From positions 1 to 37,125 of IMG/VR virus record IMGVR_UViG_3300033067_000134: a stretch of DNA of 37,125 bases. One strand, 5' to 3'. How positions within the stretch are numbered: the stretch's first letter is position 1; each line of letters opens with the position of its first letter. The stretch comes from a virus. Taxonomy: Duplodnaviria; Caudoviricetes. The notes beneath the pieces are model-generated. The model was given only the letters and a program-made list of their open reading frames with translations, made no database searches and was not told where the DNA came from. Shown piece after piece: positions 7,781 through 18,433 of this stretch. Position numbers and translations under genes: made by a program.

Positions 7781-10765
7781 ATGCAACCGCTTGACTTCCT
7801 AGCGGTGGTTCTGCCGACCCTTGAGAATGGGTATTACTGCGCGGCTGAATTCACGACAAAAAGAAAAGAGCACGTCTACGTCCAAAGTTTGCAAGAACTG
7901 AGCGACGTGGCCGAACGCTTCGTAGAGGAGAAAAGCGACGCGTTCTATGCGCTGTCAGCTTTCGAGGAATCGGGTAGCCGTACTGCGGCCAACGCACGCG
8001 TCATCAAGTCTTTGTTCATGGACATCGACTGCGCGGAAGACGGCCCCAAGACCTATGGCTCGAAGAAGGAAGGCGCCAACGCATTGGCCGACTTCTTGGA
8101 GAACACAGGCATAGGCTCACTGGGTGAGCCTTACATCATCAATTCTGGTGGTGGCATGCACATTTACTGGCCGCTGAGCCAGACGATCGACATCGAGACT
8201 TGGAAACCTGTTGCTGAGAACTTGAAGCGTCTGGCCAAGCAGGAAGGCTTGAAGATCGACATGACCGTGACGGCTGACGCCGCCCGTGTTCTGCGCGTGC
8301 CCGGCACCAAGAACTTCAAACCGAAGTACCCCACGCCGCGCCCCGTGCGCATGGTGGTGGAAGGTGACATCTTCGAGTTCGAGACGCTCGCCGCCAAGAT
8401 CAACGAGAAACTTGTTGGCCCAAGCTACCAAACGTCTGTGGCCAAGTTCGATGCGCTGCCCGGCCAGAAGCCCAACAAGGCCCCAACCAAGTCTGGCGTG
8501 AAGCTCATGGAGAACAGCGCCACCAAGTTCGAGCTGATCTTGGATAAGACCAACGCTGGCACCGGCTGTGCCCAGCTCAAGAACTACATCGACAACGCCA
8601 CCGAGGACGGCATGGAGCCTATCTGGCGCGGCTTACTCTCGTGGACGCAGAAGTGCGAGGACGGCCCTGACCATGCGATCTGGCTCAGCAGCCTGCACCC
8701 GTATGACGATGCCCGTATGCACCAGAAGCTCGGCGAAATCAAAGGCCCGTACGCGTGCTTGAAGATGGACAGCGAGAATCCTGGCGTCTGCCAAAGCTGC
8801 CCACACTACGGCAAGATTACGAACCCGCTGGCCCTTGGCCGCGAGGTGATGACCGACAACGCCCCCAAAGAAATCGTTGTGCCCAAGCAACAGATCGATG
8901 TGCCAGCCGAGGAAGGCGAAGACCTTGACCCAGAACTCTTGGCCGCGCAGCCCACCAGCTACACAGTCACACGCCCATCACCCCCACGCGGATTCAGCTT
9001 CGGCAAGTTCGGCGGCGTGTACCGCACGGTCAAGGACAAGGTTGACGGCGAGGAGACGAGCAAGGAAGTGCAGATCACAGCGTATGACCTGTTCGTGGTG
9101 GACATCTTGAAGCTCGAAGGCGAGCACACGGTGCACATGATGGCTCTGCGCCCAGAAGGCCCCGTCACCATCGACATGCTCCAGAAGTCAGTTGTGAGTA
9201 AGGACGAGACAGTGAAAGCGCTGGCCGCCCACAACATCATCGCGTCGTACGGTCAAGGCAACGACAAACATTTATTCGACTACGTGCGTGCATGCGTCGA
9301 GGAGGCTTCATTGAACAAACGTGCTATCTCGGTTCCGTTGCAGTTCGGCTGGCAGGAGAACGGCTCCTTCGTGTACAGCAACCGCGTGTTCACACCGGAC
9401 GGCAAGGAGTCAACCATCCCGATGCCCGGCTTGGAGAACTTGAACCGCGTCACAGTGCAGAAGGGCTCGCTCAACGGCTGGCGTCAGTACTGGGACTTGA
9501 TGATTACCAAGAAGATGAACACGATGTTGGCGCTGTGCGTTGACTCGTTCGGCTCTACCTTGATGAACTTCACGGACTACAACGGCTTCGTCTGGCACAT
9601 CGGCTCAACCGAGTCCGGTACAGGTAAGTCACTCACGCTGAACGCCAAGTCTGGCGTGTGGGGTCACCCAATTCATTACCGAACAGGTAAAGGAACTTCG
9701 CCGGTGGCGCTGCAACAACGCGCTGGCTTGCTCAATAGTTTGCCCCTGAGCATGGACGAGATGACGGCCAAGAGCCGCAACGACGTGGAGTGGGTGCCTG
9801 CCCTGATTTTCGACTTGTCGGAAGGCCAAGGCAAAGAGCGTATGGAGTCTGGCTCCAACAAAGAGCGCATCAACAACAGCCGCTGGTGCATGACAGCCAC
9901 GATGACCTCGAACACCCACTTGTTCGATTTGCTGACTGGCGCGCGCAAGCACAGCTCGTTCGGTGAGATGCTGCGTATGCTGGAGTGGACGCCCAACAAA
10001 CCCTTGCTGTTTACTGACGACGAGCGTGACATCATCAAGACCATGCGCGACAACTATGGCGTGGCGGGTGAAGCGTGGGTTCGCTGGTTGGTGAAGAACC
10101 AAGACACGGCCCGTGCCATGGTGAGCAAGGTGCACAAGAAGCTGAAAGTGGCCATGAACTTCTCGGACGACGAGCGTTACTGGCATGCAGCCTGCACCAC
10201 CACGGTGGCGGCTTCGATTCTTCTCGGCAGTAAGTACGCTGACATCATCACGCTGCCCACCGAGGCCATAGTGGATGCGCTGCGTGAATTGGTTGAGCAT
10301 GCCCGTGGCATCATTGGCCGCGCACAGCGCAACGCCGAGGACGTGTTGAACGCCTACACCCGTGACAACTACGGCAGCTTCGTGGTCGTGAAGAAACTCG
10401 ACGGCGGGTTCCAAGCGTTCCGTGGCGACAACGGTGAGGTGGACAAGTCGATGACGCGCAACAAGGTGCTTGGCCGCGTTGAGCATGACACCTTGAAGGA
10501 TGGGTTCATCGAGTACTACATCGAGGAGCAGCTGTTGAAGCAGCACTGCGTGGCCATGAGCTTCGGGTATTCTGACTTCAAGACGCAGCTCGAAGCGAAG
10601 TACCACGTGACCTACATCAAGAAGGACATGACCTCGCGCACGAACGGCCCCAACATGCGGGTCAACGTGATGCACATTAGCCGCCCAAAGGACACCATTG
10701 ATGAAGATTCACTTCCCTTGGGAGAAGCTCCAGCCGCAGGAGAGCTTCTTCGTCCCGACGCTTGA
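7781..10765 (+). CDS. primase-helicase fusion (RepB'/AEP-like primase plus DUF927-type helicase)
   Basis: FMDID, NSGGGMHIYW, ARVLRVPGT; Cys cluster GPYAC...CQSCPH; QFGWQ; Walker A GSTESGTGKS; Walker B LSMDE. Confidence 0.87.
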   Translation: MQPLDFLAVVLPTLENGYYCAAEFTTKRKEHVYVQSLQELSDVAERFVEEKSDAFYALSAFEESGSRTAANARVIKSLFMDIDCAEDGPKTYGSKKEGANALADFLENTGIGSLGEPYIINSGGGMHIYWPLSQTIDIETWKPVAENLKRLAKQEGLKIDMTVTADAARVLRVPGTKNFKPKYPTPRPVRMVVEGDIFEFETLAAKINEKLVGPSYQTSVAKFDALPGQKPNKAPTKSGVKLMENSATKFELILDKTNAGTGCAQLKNYIDNATEDGMEPIWRGLLSWTQKCEDGPDHAIWLSSLHPYDDARMHQKLGEIKGPYACLKMDSENPGVCQSCPHYGKITNPLALGREVMTDNAPKEIVVPKQQIDVPAEEGEDLDPELLAAQPTSYTVTRPSPPRGFSFGKFGGVYRTVKDKVDGEETSKEVQITAYDLFVVDILKLEGEHTVHMMALRPEGPVTIDMLQKSVVSKDETVKALAAHNIIASYGQGNDKHLFDYVRACVEEASLNKRAISVPLQFGWQENGSFVYSNRVFTPDGKESTIPMPGLENLNRVTVQKGSLNGWRQYWDLMITKKMNTMLALCVDSFGSTLMNFTDYNGFVWHIGSTESGTGKSLTLNAKSGVWGHPIHYRTGKGTSPVALQQRAGLLNSLPLSMDEMTAKSRNDVEWVPALIFDLSEGQGKERMESGSNKERINNSRWCMTATMTSNTHLFDLLTGARKHSSFGEMLRMLEWTPNKPLLFTDDERDIIKTMRDNYGVAGEAWVRWLVKNQDTARAMVSKVHKKLKVAMNFSDDERYWHAACTTTVAASILLGSKYADIITLPTEAIVDALRELVEHARGIIGRAQRNAEDVLNAYTRDNYGSFVVVKKLDGGFQAFRGDNGEVDKSMTRNKVLGRVEHDTLKDGFIEYYIEEQLLKQHCVAMSFGYSDFKTQLEAKYHVTYIKKDMTSRTNGPNMRVNVMHISRPKDTIDEDSLPLGEAPAAGELLRPDA

Positions 10766-10913
10766 TGTTCACGGAGTCAGGGAGCGCGGCCTAAAAGCTG
10801 CGCTCCCATTCCGGATTCACACCCGAGCCACCATCGGGGTCAAGGACGGCCTCATTGGGGTTTTGTTTCAGCGGCGCGGTCGGAAGCCTGAGTCAACATC
10901 CGAGCCAACTTGA
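10701..10913 (+). CDS. small conserved phage protein
   Basis: FPWEKL..ESFFVP pattern; last + strand gene, its 3' end overlaps the convergent giant gene. Confidence 0.55.
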   Translation: MKIHFPWEKLQPQESFFVPTLDVHGVRERGLKAALPFRIHTRATIGVKDGLIGVLFQRRGRKPESTSEPT

Positions 10914-13900
10914 TCTTAGCCTCGGCGATACGCTTGAGCGCTTCGTCCTTCTGAGGTGTGTCCATGTTGGCGCTGGCCTTGATCGCACGCTCTTGCTTAG
11001 ACAGCTCGCCGAGTCGCTTGTACACGGCACCGGATGTGCTGGCCATGGCCAGTTCCGTCGAATACTGCTGAGCGAACGCACGGGCTTCGGCTTGTTTGCC
11101 TTGCTCGACCAAGCGTGTGAAGGTGCCCTTGGCTTGCTTGATTTCCTCCATACGGGCGTAGGCTTCGTCGATTGGGCCACGGCCTTCGATGGGTTGGAAC
11201 AGTGAGCCGATGACGGGCATCTGGCTGACCTTGGTGGTTGGCTTGGCCACTTCCTTCTCAGGTGTCTTGGCCAGAACAGGGTTGGCCAGTTGCGCCATCG
11301 CAACGCCCAAGCTACCAAAGTAACCGCGAAGCAAGTAGTCCAGCTTGATTGGGCTCAGACCCACTTCACCGGTGACGCTGCCGATCATCTTGCTCAGCTC
11401 GGAGGTGTTCTCGCGGTAGCGCTCGGTGGGGAGCACTTGCTGGTCACGGGCAGACTCAATGTCGCCAGAGTAGAACGACTTGCCGAGGATGACTTCGGTA
11501 GCGGGTTTGATCGCCTGTGGCAGACCGAACGGGTTGGACTGAGCGAACAGCTTGCCGATGCCGGCCATGGCTTTGCTTGCCTTCTCGTCGCCGACGGCCA
11601 TGTTATAGACGGCCTCGGGCAACGCCTTGAAGATGTAGCCCAATTCAAACGGCAGCGGCACGCGCATTGGTTCGTCGATGCCCGGGATTGTCAGGAAGAA
11701 GTTGCCATAACGTTCTTCGGGCTTGGCGTTCTTGTACGCTTCGTCGTCCTGCATGAGCGCGGCGTAGGCCACGGCAGCAACCGCCAGAATGGTGCCACGC
11801 TTCAACATCTTCTCGCGCACTTGGAGTTGCTTCTCGAACGGCATCTGGCCGGTGAAGGCACGGTACAAAACGTCCAGACCTTGAATCTGTGCGTTGAAGA
11901 ACGGGATGAGCGTTGAGAGCACCTGCATGCTTGGCGACAAGCCACGACGCGAGAAGTTCATGGACTCAAGGGTGCGGGTCAGCGCCTGCATCTCGGTCAT
12001 GCCTTGCTTGATCGCTTCGTTGTAGATCACCGCGCGGGTAGACGAATCGCCCTGCAAAGCGAAGGCGTCGAGCTTAGCCATGGCTTTCTCCCAGCCAGAC
12101 TTGCCAGCAGAGATGTCGCGCAGGAAGGTCTTCAAGTCTTTGGAGTCACCTGTAAACACGTTGCTGCTAATCGCACCAGACTCCATGAGCTTGCGCTCCG
12201 CATCGCTGCGGCCGCCCACCATCTTGGTGAGTTCTTTCATGGAGCTGAGCACGGGCATTGCGTCCGTACCGGTAGTGAGCCATGCAGACAGCGGGTCACG
12301 AATGGCCTGGCGCACAGCATACGCTGGGTTGCGGGTCACGAACTTGCGTAGCCAGTCAGCAGGGTAGCCCATCAAACGCACGACGGCGGGAATGGTGGTG
12401 GCGATGCCTTCCATGGACTTGACCACGAGCTCAGCGGGGATGCCGAAGGCGTCTTTGTCAACGACCGCATACTTGGGTTCGCCGTGCTCGAAGAAGCGCA
12501 CGATGCTGGGGTCAGCGGGGCCTTTGCCGTCGCCGACGCGGCTCACGATGCCGACCTTCTTCAACGCGTACGCTGTGTTCTTGGTCTTGATGTTGCGCAG
12601 CGCCATGTCGGTAATCATGGCCGTGTTCTGCATTGCGCTCTCGTAGAGCGGCATGACCTTCTCATCGCCACCCAGCAACTCTTTGAGCTGTGGTTGGTTC
12701 TTGATGTTGCCGATGCGCAGGATGGACTCACCGTCGACCACCAACTCGACGTTGCCATCTTTCTCGCGATAGAACGGCACGTAGGGCTTGGACTTCAACT
12801 CAGCGGCTTTGCCACGGCTGACCGCACCAGACTGGGCGAGGAAGTCGATGAGGCCATCGTTGTACGCCTTGTACTCTTTGGCCGCTGCCTCGAACGCTGT
12901 CTTAGCCTTGGGGCTGGCTGCCAGCTTGTCCATAACTTCTTGGTAAGCAGCACGAGCTTCCTTCTCGCTCTTGCCCAGCTTGCTCCAGCCCACAGCATTG
13001 GCACGCTGGCCGACCAGATAGGATGTCAAGTAGTCTTCGATGGTGGCTTCGTTGCCCAGACCAGACTTGCCAGCGAGCTCAGCGACCTTCATCAAGGTCG
13101 GGCCCTTCTTGGACTTGAACACGTACTCGGTGCCGCGTGCTGTCTTCTGGGACTCAAGCGACACAGGGCCGTTCGTCACGAACTGGCCGACGTATTGGCT
13201 ACGCTGCTCAGTGAAGCGCAGGTAGTACATGGCTTGTTCGCCCTCCATGGAGGTGAGCATCTTCTTGTCCATGCCGGTACGGATGGCTGCGTCGATCGAA
13301 GCGTAGCTGTCCACGAACTGTTGACGTGCGCCCAAGCCAAAGAAGTTGGCCTTGATCTTGTCTTGCAGCGTGGAGGGTTTGGCTGTGATGCTGTGCTTGG
13401 CCGTGCTCTTGGCGCCGCTGCGGAACAGCAAGCCGCCGTTGGGGTCACGGTATGCGCCGGTGCTGCCTTCGTTGAATTGCTTGCGCGCGTCGCGCAGCAG
13501 CTTGTAGATGTCGCTTGTGCTGAGGTCAGCCGTGTTGGTGAGGCCCATGTCGCGGAACGCCTTGCGCAGTGCACCGACGATCTCTTTCATGAAGCGCTTG
13601 GCCTTGGCCAAAAAGTCCTCAGTCACACGCTGTTCTTCGGTGTAGGCAATCATCTCGTTCAGGCCCACGAAGCGAGCGTTGAGGTCGTCAGCACCGCCAG
13701 CCTTGGCTTCTGCGATTGCGTTGCGCACTTGGATACCAACGCCTAGGTCATCGGCGAGCTTGAGCAAACCACCTTGCTGGCCGTCGAGTGTCTTGAGCAT
13801 GTCGATCAGGCCCTTGCGGCCAATCAAACCCTGCACGCTGTAGTGGCCGATCAACTCATGAGCGATGGTGGCTTCCAAGTCCTTGATGTCGGAGTGGTGC

Positions 13901-16900
13901 GCACCGATGACGATCACTGTGCCGTCCTTCAAGACCACACCCTTCTTGTCGAGCAAGTCCATGTGCTTCAAGCCTTGGGCCGCAGCTTCCATGTAGAACT
14001 CTTTGGGGGCATCGTCCAGCGACTCGGCGTAGACGAACTTGATGCCCTTGGGCAACTTCAAACCGTCGATGGTCTTCTTGGCTTCTGCCAAGTCGATGCC
14101 TTGTGTGCGCGGCGCTGTGCGCCACATGCCTTCGCCGTACGAGCCGTCGTTCTCGGATTGGATGGCCTCATAGGCATCGCGCAAGGACTCCATGTATCGC
14201 TCTTGCTTCTCGGACGTGCGAGCCTTGCTCTCAGGTGAACCGGTGATGAAACGCTCAGGCGCAGCGGACTGCTTCTTCACCACGGGTGACTTGTCGCGCT
14301 TGGACTTGATCTGCTGCTTGCCGGCGGACGCATACGCCTCTTGCAAATACTTGACCTGTTCTTTGAGCGCGGTCTTGTACTCGGGGGCCTTGCGGCCGAT
14401 CTCAATGGCCTTGTTCTTCTGCTCGATGTCAGCAAACTCTTTGTACTCGGCTACACGGCTATCCCCCTTGCCGTACTTCTCTTGCATTTTTGCGATGCGC
14501 GTGGCGTAGTTCTTTTCGAGGCGCTTGAAATCCTCAGATTCTTTGCCGAGCTTTGTGGCCAACTCCTGCATTTTGGCTGTCTTCTCTGCCTCTGGCGCCA
14601 CGTCCCCGCGATTAATACGGGCGGCTGTACGCGCTGCGCGCGACACAGGTTTGGAACCACGGGCTTCCTCGTCCGCCTCGGCTTTGCGCGCTTCGCGTAT
14701 ATCACGCTCAGGCGCCGCTGGTTGCACGTCGAATAGGGTTTTGTATGCCTTTTCGATCTCGTTGCGCACCGGGGTGATCTTGGCCAAGGCGTTCTCATAA
14801 CGCTTCAATGCGGAGTCCATCTTGCGCTGGAGCTGGTAACGCTCGGCCGCATCCATCTGGCGAACTTCTGGTGCTTTCCCTTTACCGAGCTTGGCGTCCA
14901 AACGAGCAACCTTCTCCGCTTCGGTGGGCAGCGCCACACCAGACTTCATGCGGGCGGCCATGGCCTCGTAGTCAGCTGCCGACTCGTACAAGTCAGTCAA
15001 CCAAGACTTCTTGGCATTACGTTGTGGGTTCTCGACCTTGCGCTTGAGGGCGTCGATCTTGTCCATTGTCTTGGCCACGACTTCCGGCTTGGCACGGGTG
15101 CTCTTGAGGCCGGGTAGGTTCAGGCGCTCGTCCAGCTGCTTAATCAGGCGCTCGCGCTCGATGGCCTCAGCGTTGGTGTCCTTCTTCTCAGGCGCAAACG
15201 AGCCTGCGGCGGCCATGGCCCCTTCCCAATCTTGGTTCTCCAAGGCTGTGTTGTACAGGTTGCTTGGGCTGAACAGGTCGAGCGTAGACTTGTCTTTGGC
15301 GGCAACGTGCTCTTGTGGCGCGGCTTCGAGCTGACCTTGAGGGCCAACTTCTGCTTCGGTGAACGCTTGCTTGGCCGACTCGACTTTGCTTTCTGGGCCA
15401 TAGAGACCGCGCTCGGCTTCGGCCTGCAATGTCTCTTGTGCCTTGGCTTGCTGCTCGGGTTGCTCTGGTGGCTTCTCGAACAGGCCGGGTGTCTCACCCT
15501 TTGGTGTCTCTGCGACCTGGCGCATCTGCAACTGTTGCTGGGTCTTCTCTTGGATGGCCGTCACGTTTTGGCGTGCTGCATCCAGCTTGGCGCTGAGCTT
15601 TGGAATCTGCTGCCACTCACCCAGCTCGGATGCTTTGGCCAACGCTTTCTGTGCGGCGGCCACTTGTTTGTTTGCTTGGGCAAGCTGCGTCTGTGCCTCA
15701 GTCTCCAGCTCGGCAGCAGGTTTTGTCGTGCCGCCCAACTGCTCGACGGTGGCTGTGAGCAACTGCATGTCAGTCTGAATCTTGTCGAACTGCGGCATCA
15801 ACTCAGCGAGCTTGGCCGTGTCGCCGGCGACGCCGGCTTCCTTGATCTGCTCTTGCAGCGCATCCATCTGGGGGACCAACGCAGCATGCTTGTTCATGAG
15901 GTCCATGACATCGGGCGTAGGCTGGGGCGCCATCTCAAAGCGAGGCTCAGCGTTGGGGCCTGCGATCTGCGGGGTGTAGCCGATCTGCAAGGGCTCCTTG
16001 TTTGTTTCTTCCTCGGCTGCCGCAGCGGCGAGGTCTTTGGCGTCTTGCTCGGCAGCCAGTTGCTGCTGGGCTTCGCCCTTCTTCGAGAAACGGCCGACTG
16101 CACCGATGGGTGCCAATAGGCCAACTTGGTATGCGGTCTCGCCGTATTCTTTCAGAGCGTCTGGGCTGGTCAAGGACAGGCCAGCTTGCGCGCGCTCCAA
16201 CATCTGTTGTGCAATCTCAGTTGGGACTTCGGCCAATGCGCCCACGGCTGTACCTTTTGCCAACGTCTTGAGGAGAGATTCTTCGGCCAGCTTGGCTGCA
16301 CCCTTGTTGGCCAGGCCAGCGATCGGGATGCCTGTCAGCTTGCTCACCAACTTGCCACCCAGAGGAATGAAGGTACCAGCGGCATCCAGCGCGGCTTGAG
16401 GGACTGCGGCCGCAGCGGCGGCACTGCGATCAATCGGTGCGCCTTCGGCTTGTTGACGCTCAATGTTGCTGCCGAACTGCTGCAAGAGGGACGGGGCCAA
16501 AGCACCGGCCACACCACCAACCACTGTACCGGCCGGGCCAGCAAGAGAACCAGCCATGGCGCCAAGGCGCGCGGAGCCGAGTGTGGCGGCCATATTAGGC
16601 GCTTGCTCAGCGATTGCTTTGGGGACTTGACCGAGCGCTTCTTTGGCTGCGGAGAGGATGCCGTTCTTGTCGTAGGCTTCACGAACTTTGTCGAAGCTGA
16701 CTTCTTCAGCGTAGCGGCTGTTGATGTCTTGGCCGCGTTGCTGCCCTGCTTGGGCCGCTTCTTCTGGGGAGGTCAGGGCACCGATGCCGGTGCGCATACT
16801 GGATAGGGTGGACTCAAGTCCTTTGCCGAAGGCCCCTGCCATGCCGCCTTGTTTGGGGAACAGGTCGGGAAACTTAATGCGCGCTTTCTGCATCGCTTCG

Positions 16901-16965
16901 TTTTCGGACATGCCTTCGGGAATACGTAAACGTGAACCGTCAGGAAGGGGCAGGTAGTTGGCCAT
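10852..16965 (-). CDS. large internal virion/ejection protein, polyvalent type (metallopeptidase-like domain plus LPD38-like C-terminus)
   Basis: About 2037 aa; N-terminal Gly/Ala hydrophobic segment; coiled coils; AHELIGHY...NEMIAY; C-terminal IPFFNAQIQG...RVPLPFELG...SPIKLDYLLRGYFG. Confidence 0.8.
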   Translation of the reverse strand: MANYLPLPDGSRLRIPEGMSENEAMQKARIKFPDLFPKQGGMAGAFGKGLESTLSSMRTGIGALTSPEEAAQAGQQRGQDINSRYAEEVSFDKVREAYDKNGILSAAKEALGQVPKAIAEQAPNMAATLGSARLGAMAGSLAGPAGTVVGGVAGALAPSLLQQFGSNIERQQAEGAPIDRSAAAAAAVPQAALDAAGTFIPLGGKLVSKLTGIPIAGLANKGAAKLAEESLLKTLAKGTAVGALAEVPTEIAQQMLERAQAGLSLTSPDALKEYGETAYQVGLLAPIGAVGRFSKKGEAQQQLAAEQDAKDLAAAAAEEETNKEPLQIGYTPQIAGPNAEPRFEMAPQPTPDVMDLMNKHAALVPQMDALQEQIKEAGVAGDTAKLAELMPQFDKIQTDMQLLTATVEQLGGTTKPAAELETEAQTQLAQANKQVAAAQKALAKASELGEWQQIPKLSAKLDAARQNVTAIQEKTQQQLQMRQVAETPKGETPGLFEKPPEQPEQQAKAQETLQAEAERGLYGPESKVESAKQAFTEAEVGPQGQLEAAPQEHVAAKDKSTLDLFSPSNLYNTALENQDWEGAMAAAGSFAPEKKDTNAEAIERERLIKQLDERLNLPGLKSTRAKPEVVAKTMDKIDALKRKVENPQRNAKKSWLTDLYESAADYEAMAARMKSGVALPTEAEKVARLDAKLGKGKAPEVRQMDAAERYQLQRKMDSALKRYENALAKITPVRNEIEKAYKTLFDVQPAAPERDIREARKAEADEEARGSKPVSRAARTAARINRGDVAPEAEKTAKMQELATKLGKESEDFKRLEKNYATRIAKMQEKYGKGDSRVAEYKEFADIEQKNKAIEIGRKAPEYKTALKEQVKYLQEAYASAGKQQIKSKRDKSPVVKKQSAAPERFITGSPESKARTSEKQERYMESLRDAYEAIQSENDGSYGEGMWRTAPRTQGIDLAEAKKTIDGLKLPKGIKFVYAESLDDAPKEFYMEAAAQGLKHMDLLDKKGVVLKDGTVIVIGAHHSDIKDLEATIAHELIGHYSVQGLIGRKGLIDMLKTLDGQQGGLLKLADDLGVGIQVRNAIAEAKAGGADDLNARFVGLNEMIAYTEEQRVTEDFLAKAKRFMKEIVGALRKAFRDMGLTNTADLSTSDIYKLLRDARKQFNEGSTGAYRDPNGGLLFRSGAKSTAKHSITAKPSTLQDKIKANFFGLGARQQFVDSYASIDAAIRTGMDKKMLTSMEGEQAMYYLRFTEQRSQYVGQFVTNGPVSLESQKTARGTEYVFKSKKGPTLMKVAELAGKSGLGNEATIEDYLTSYLVGQRANAVGWSKLGKSEKEARAAYQEVMDKLAASPKAKTAFEAAAKEYKAYNDGLIDFLAQSGAVSRGKAAELKSKPYVPFYREKDGNVELVVDGESILRIGNIKNQPQLKELLGGDEKVMPLYESAMQNTAMITDMALRNIKTKNTAYALKKVGIVSRVGDGKGPADPSIVRFFEHGEPKYAVVDKDAFGIPAELVVKSMEGIATTIPAVVRLMGYPADWLRKFVTRNPAYAVRQAIRDPLSAWLTTGTDAMPVLSSMKELTKMVGGRSDAERKLMESGAISSNVFTGDSKDLKTFLRDISAGKSGWEKAMAKLDAFALQGDSSTRAVIYNEAIKQGMTEMQALTRTLESMNFSRRGLSPSMQVLSTLIPFFNAQIQGLDVLYRAFTGQMPFEKQLQVREKMLKRGTILAVAAVAYAALMQDDEAYKNAKPEERYGNFFLTIPGIDEPMRVPLPFELGYIFKALPEAVYNMAVGDEKASKAMAGIGKLFAQSNPFGLPQAIKPATEVILGKSFYSGDIESARDQQVLPTERYRENTSELSKMIGSVTGEVGLSPIKLDYLLRGYFGSLGVAMAQLANPVLAKTPEKEVAKPTTKVSQMPVIGSLFQPIEGRGPIDEAYARMEEIKQAKGTFTRLVEQGKQAEARAFAQQYSTELAMASTSGAVYKRLGELSKQERAIKASANMDTPQKDEALKRIAEAKIKLARMLTQASDRAAETKPQ

Positions 16966-17037
16966 AGTCAATCAGCAGTGAGTAACCCAATAAATGTGCA
17001 AACGCCCCAGCGGGTAAGACTGAGGCGCTGTGTGTGA

Positions 17038-17067
17038 ATTCTCGCACAGAAGCGAGTAATCAATCAA
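17038..17067 (-). promoter_or_regulatory. putative sigma70-like promoter for the giant gene
   Basis: TTGATT-18nt-GAGAAT with TGn extension; downstream 9-bp hairpin 17002-17028 whose G-U pairs form only on the - strand. Confidence 0.4.
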
Positions 17068-18424
17068 GGGTGCGAGTGAGTTGATCTTTGTCTTCCGAAC
17101 CGGTTACGCCTTGCGCTAAAAGAGCACGCATGATGAACGGGTTGTTCTGAGCCAGAGAGTCAAAATGCTCTTTGATGATCTGACGCTGCATTGCCGGAGT
17201 GGCTGTCGCAAAACGCATATCTGATTTTGCTAAGTCCTTGGCTTGGCCTGTCAGCTTGTCGATCTCAGCTGTGAGCTTTGCTTCGTTGCCGCCGCGAGCC
17301 TTCGCTGCTTCACCCATGTCACGGTAGTACTGGCCTTGCTGAGCGATCTGTTGTGCCTGCAACGCAGAGCTGGTGGCGAACTGCTTCTCTTGACGAGCTT
17401 GGTTGGCCAACTGGTTCATGGACTGGAAGTTGCCTTTGCGGCCTTGCATCTCGGCTTGGGCCAAGTGCATTTCAGACTGCATGAGCGCACGCTTCGCGGC
17501 ATCGTCAGCACGAGTTGCTTCCTTCAAACTGGCCAGACCTTGTGCGCCGCCGGCGCCAATGTTCTGCAAGGCGTAGCGTGAGTTGCCGGCCATCATGCCC
17601 AGACCAGCGGCAAGGAGGGCCTCACCTTTGTTGGTCTCTTTGCGCTTGGCCAAACTTGCGCGCTCTTCCTCGAACTGAGTGCGGAACGGGTCCATGGCCT
17701 TGCGGTCTTCGGCGTTCATCTTCTCGACTTCTGGGCTGACTTCCTTCATCATGTCGGCCAGCGTGCTTGGCTTGTACGCGCCTACGCCGCCCGCACCACC
17801 AGAGAGACCGGATTGTTGGCCGGCAGCCGTGGCGCCAAGACCTTTTTTGATCTCAGGCACAGCCGCTGCGGCGGTCTCAGGCTTGTACCCGGCTGGGAGC
17901 CGAGGGTCGTTCTTCATTGTTGGGCGTAACCCTTCCGCATTTACAAGCGCCATTGCGCGGTCGCGCTCGGCGTTGATGTCTCGGCGAGGAGTCGCTGGTG
18001 TGTCGTCTTGTTTCTTGCTGCCCGGCGCGCCAATCAAACTCTTGAAGCGCTCCCAAGGATTCAAGAACTGGCCGAGCTGACTCATCTGGTCTTCGTAGCT
18101 CATTCCTACTTCACCACCTTCGTCAAACGCCACGATGCCGCCGCCGGCCATACCCTTCATGTTGTCAGCAGGCAATGCGCCGATACCAACATTCTCAGGA
18201 AGCTGTTGGGGAGACATACCAGCGATGGCTTGGTCGGCCACCTTGGGTTGTTGCATGGCGCCTTGCGCACCCTGCGCGGCAGTGCGCATCTCTTTGCGGC
18301 GATTGGACTCAGCAATCGTCAGGGCCAACATATATGGGTCGGCCTTGTGCATCGTCGCATACTGTTGCAACGCGTTGTCTGGCATCTTGGCCAGCTGCGA
18401 GGTGATCTGATTGACGTTGAGCAT
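17060..18424 (-). CDS. internal virion/DNA ejection protein
   Basis: Ala/Gln-rich helical protein with an ALLAAGLGMMAG segment; position before the largest core protein. Confidence 0.7.
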   Translation of the reverse strand: MLNVNQITSQLAKMPDNALQQYATMHKADPYMLALTIAESNRRKEMRTAAQGAQGAMQQPKVADQAIAGMSPQQLPENVGIGALPADNMKGMAGGGIVAFDEGGEVGMSYEDQMSQLGQFLNPWERFKSLIGAPGSKKQDDTPATPRRDINAERDRAMALVNAEGLRPTMKNDPRLPAGYKPETAAAAVPEIKKGLGATAAGQQSGLSGGAGGVGAYKPSTLADMMKEVSPEVEKMNAEDRKAMDPFRTQFEEERASLAKRKETNKGEALLAAGLGMMAGNSRYALQNIGAGGAQGLASLKEATRADDAAKRALMQSEMHLAQAEMQGRKGNFQSMNQLANQARQEKQFATSSALQAQQIAQQGQYYRDMGEAAKARGGNEAKLTAEIDKLTGQAKDLAKSDMRFATATPAMQRQIIKEHFDSLAQNNPFIMRALLAQGVTGSEDKDQLTRTLD

Positions 18425-18433
18425 GTCTCTTCC

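Noticed and set aside
9629-10675. 348-aa antisense ORF inside the primase-helicase
   Set aside because: Shadow frame of a GC3-biased gene; no recognisable motifs
10852-10913. Bidirectional terminator at the convergence of the two arms
   Set aside because: The 3' ends of the two genes overlap and no convincing hairpin with T-tracts was found
12484-16119. Long + strand ORFs (420 aa, 295 aa) opposite the giant gene
   Set aside because: Antisense shadows with Leu/Gly-rich mirror composition and no recognisable domain
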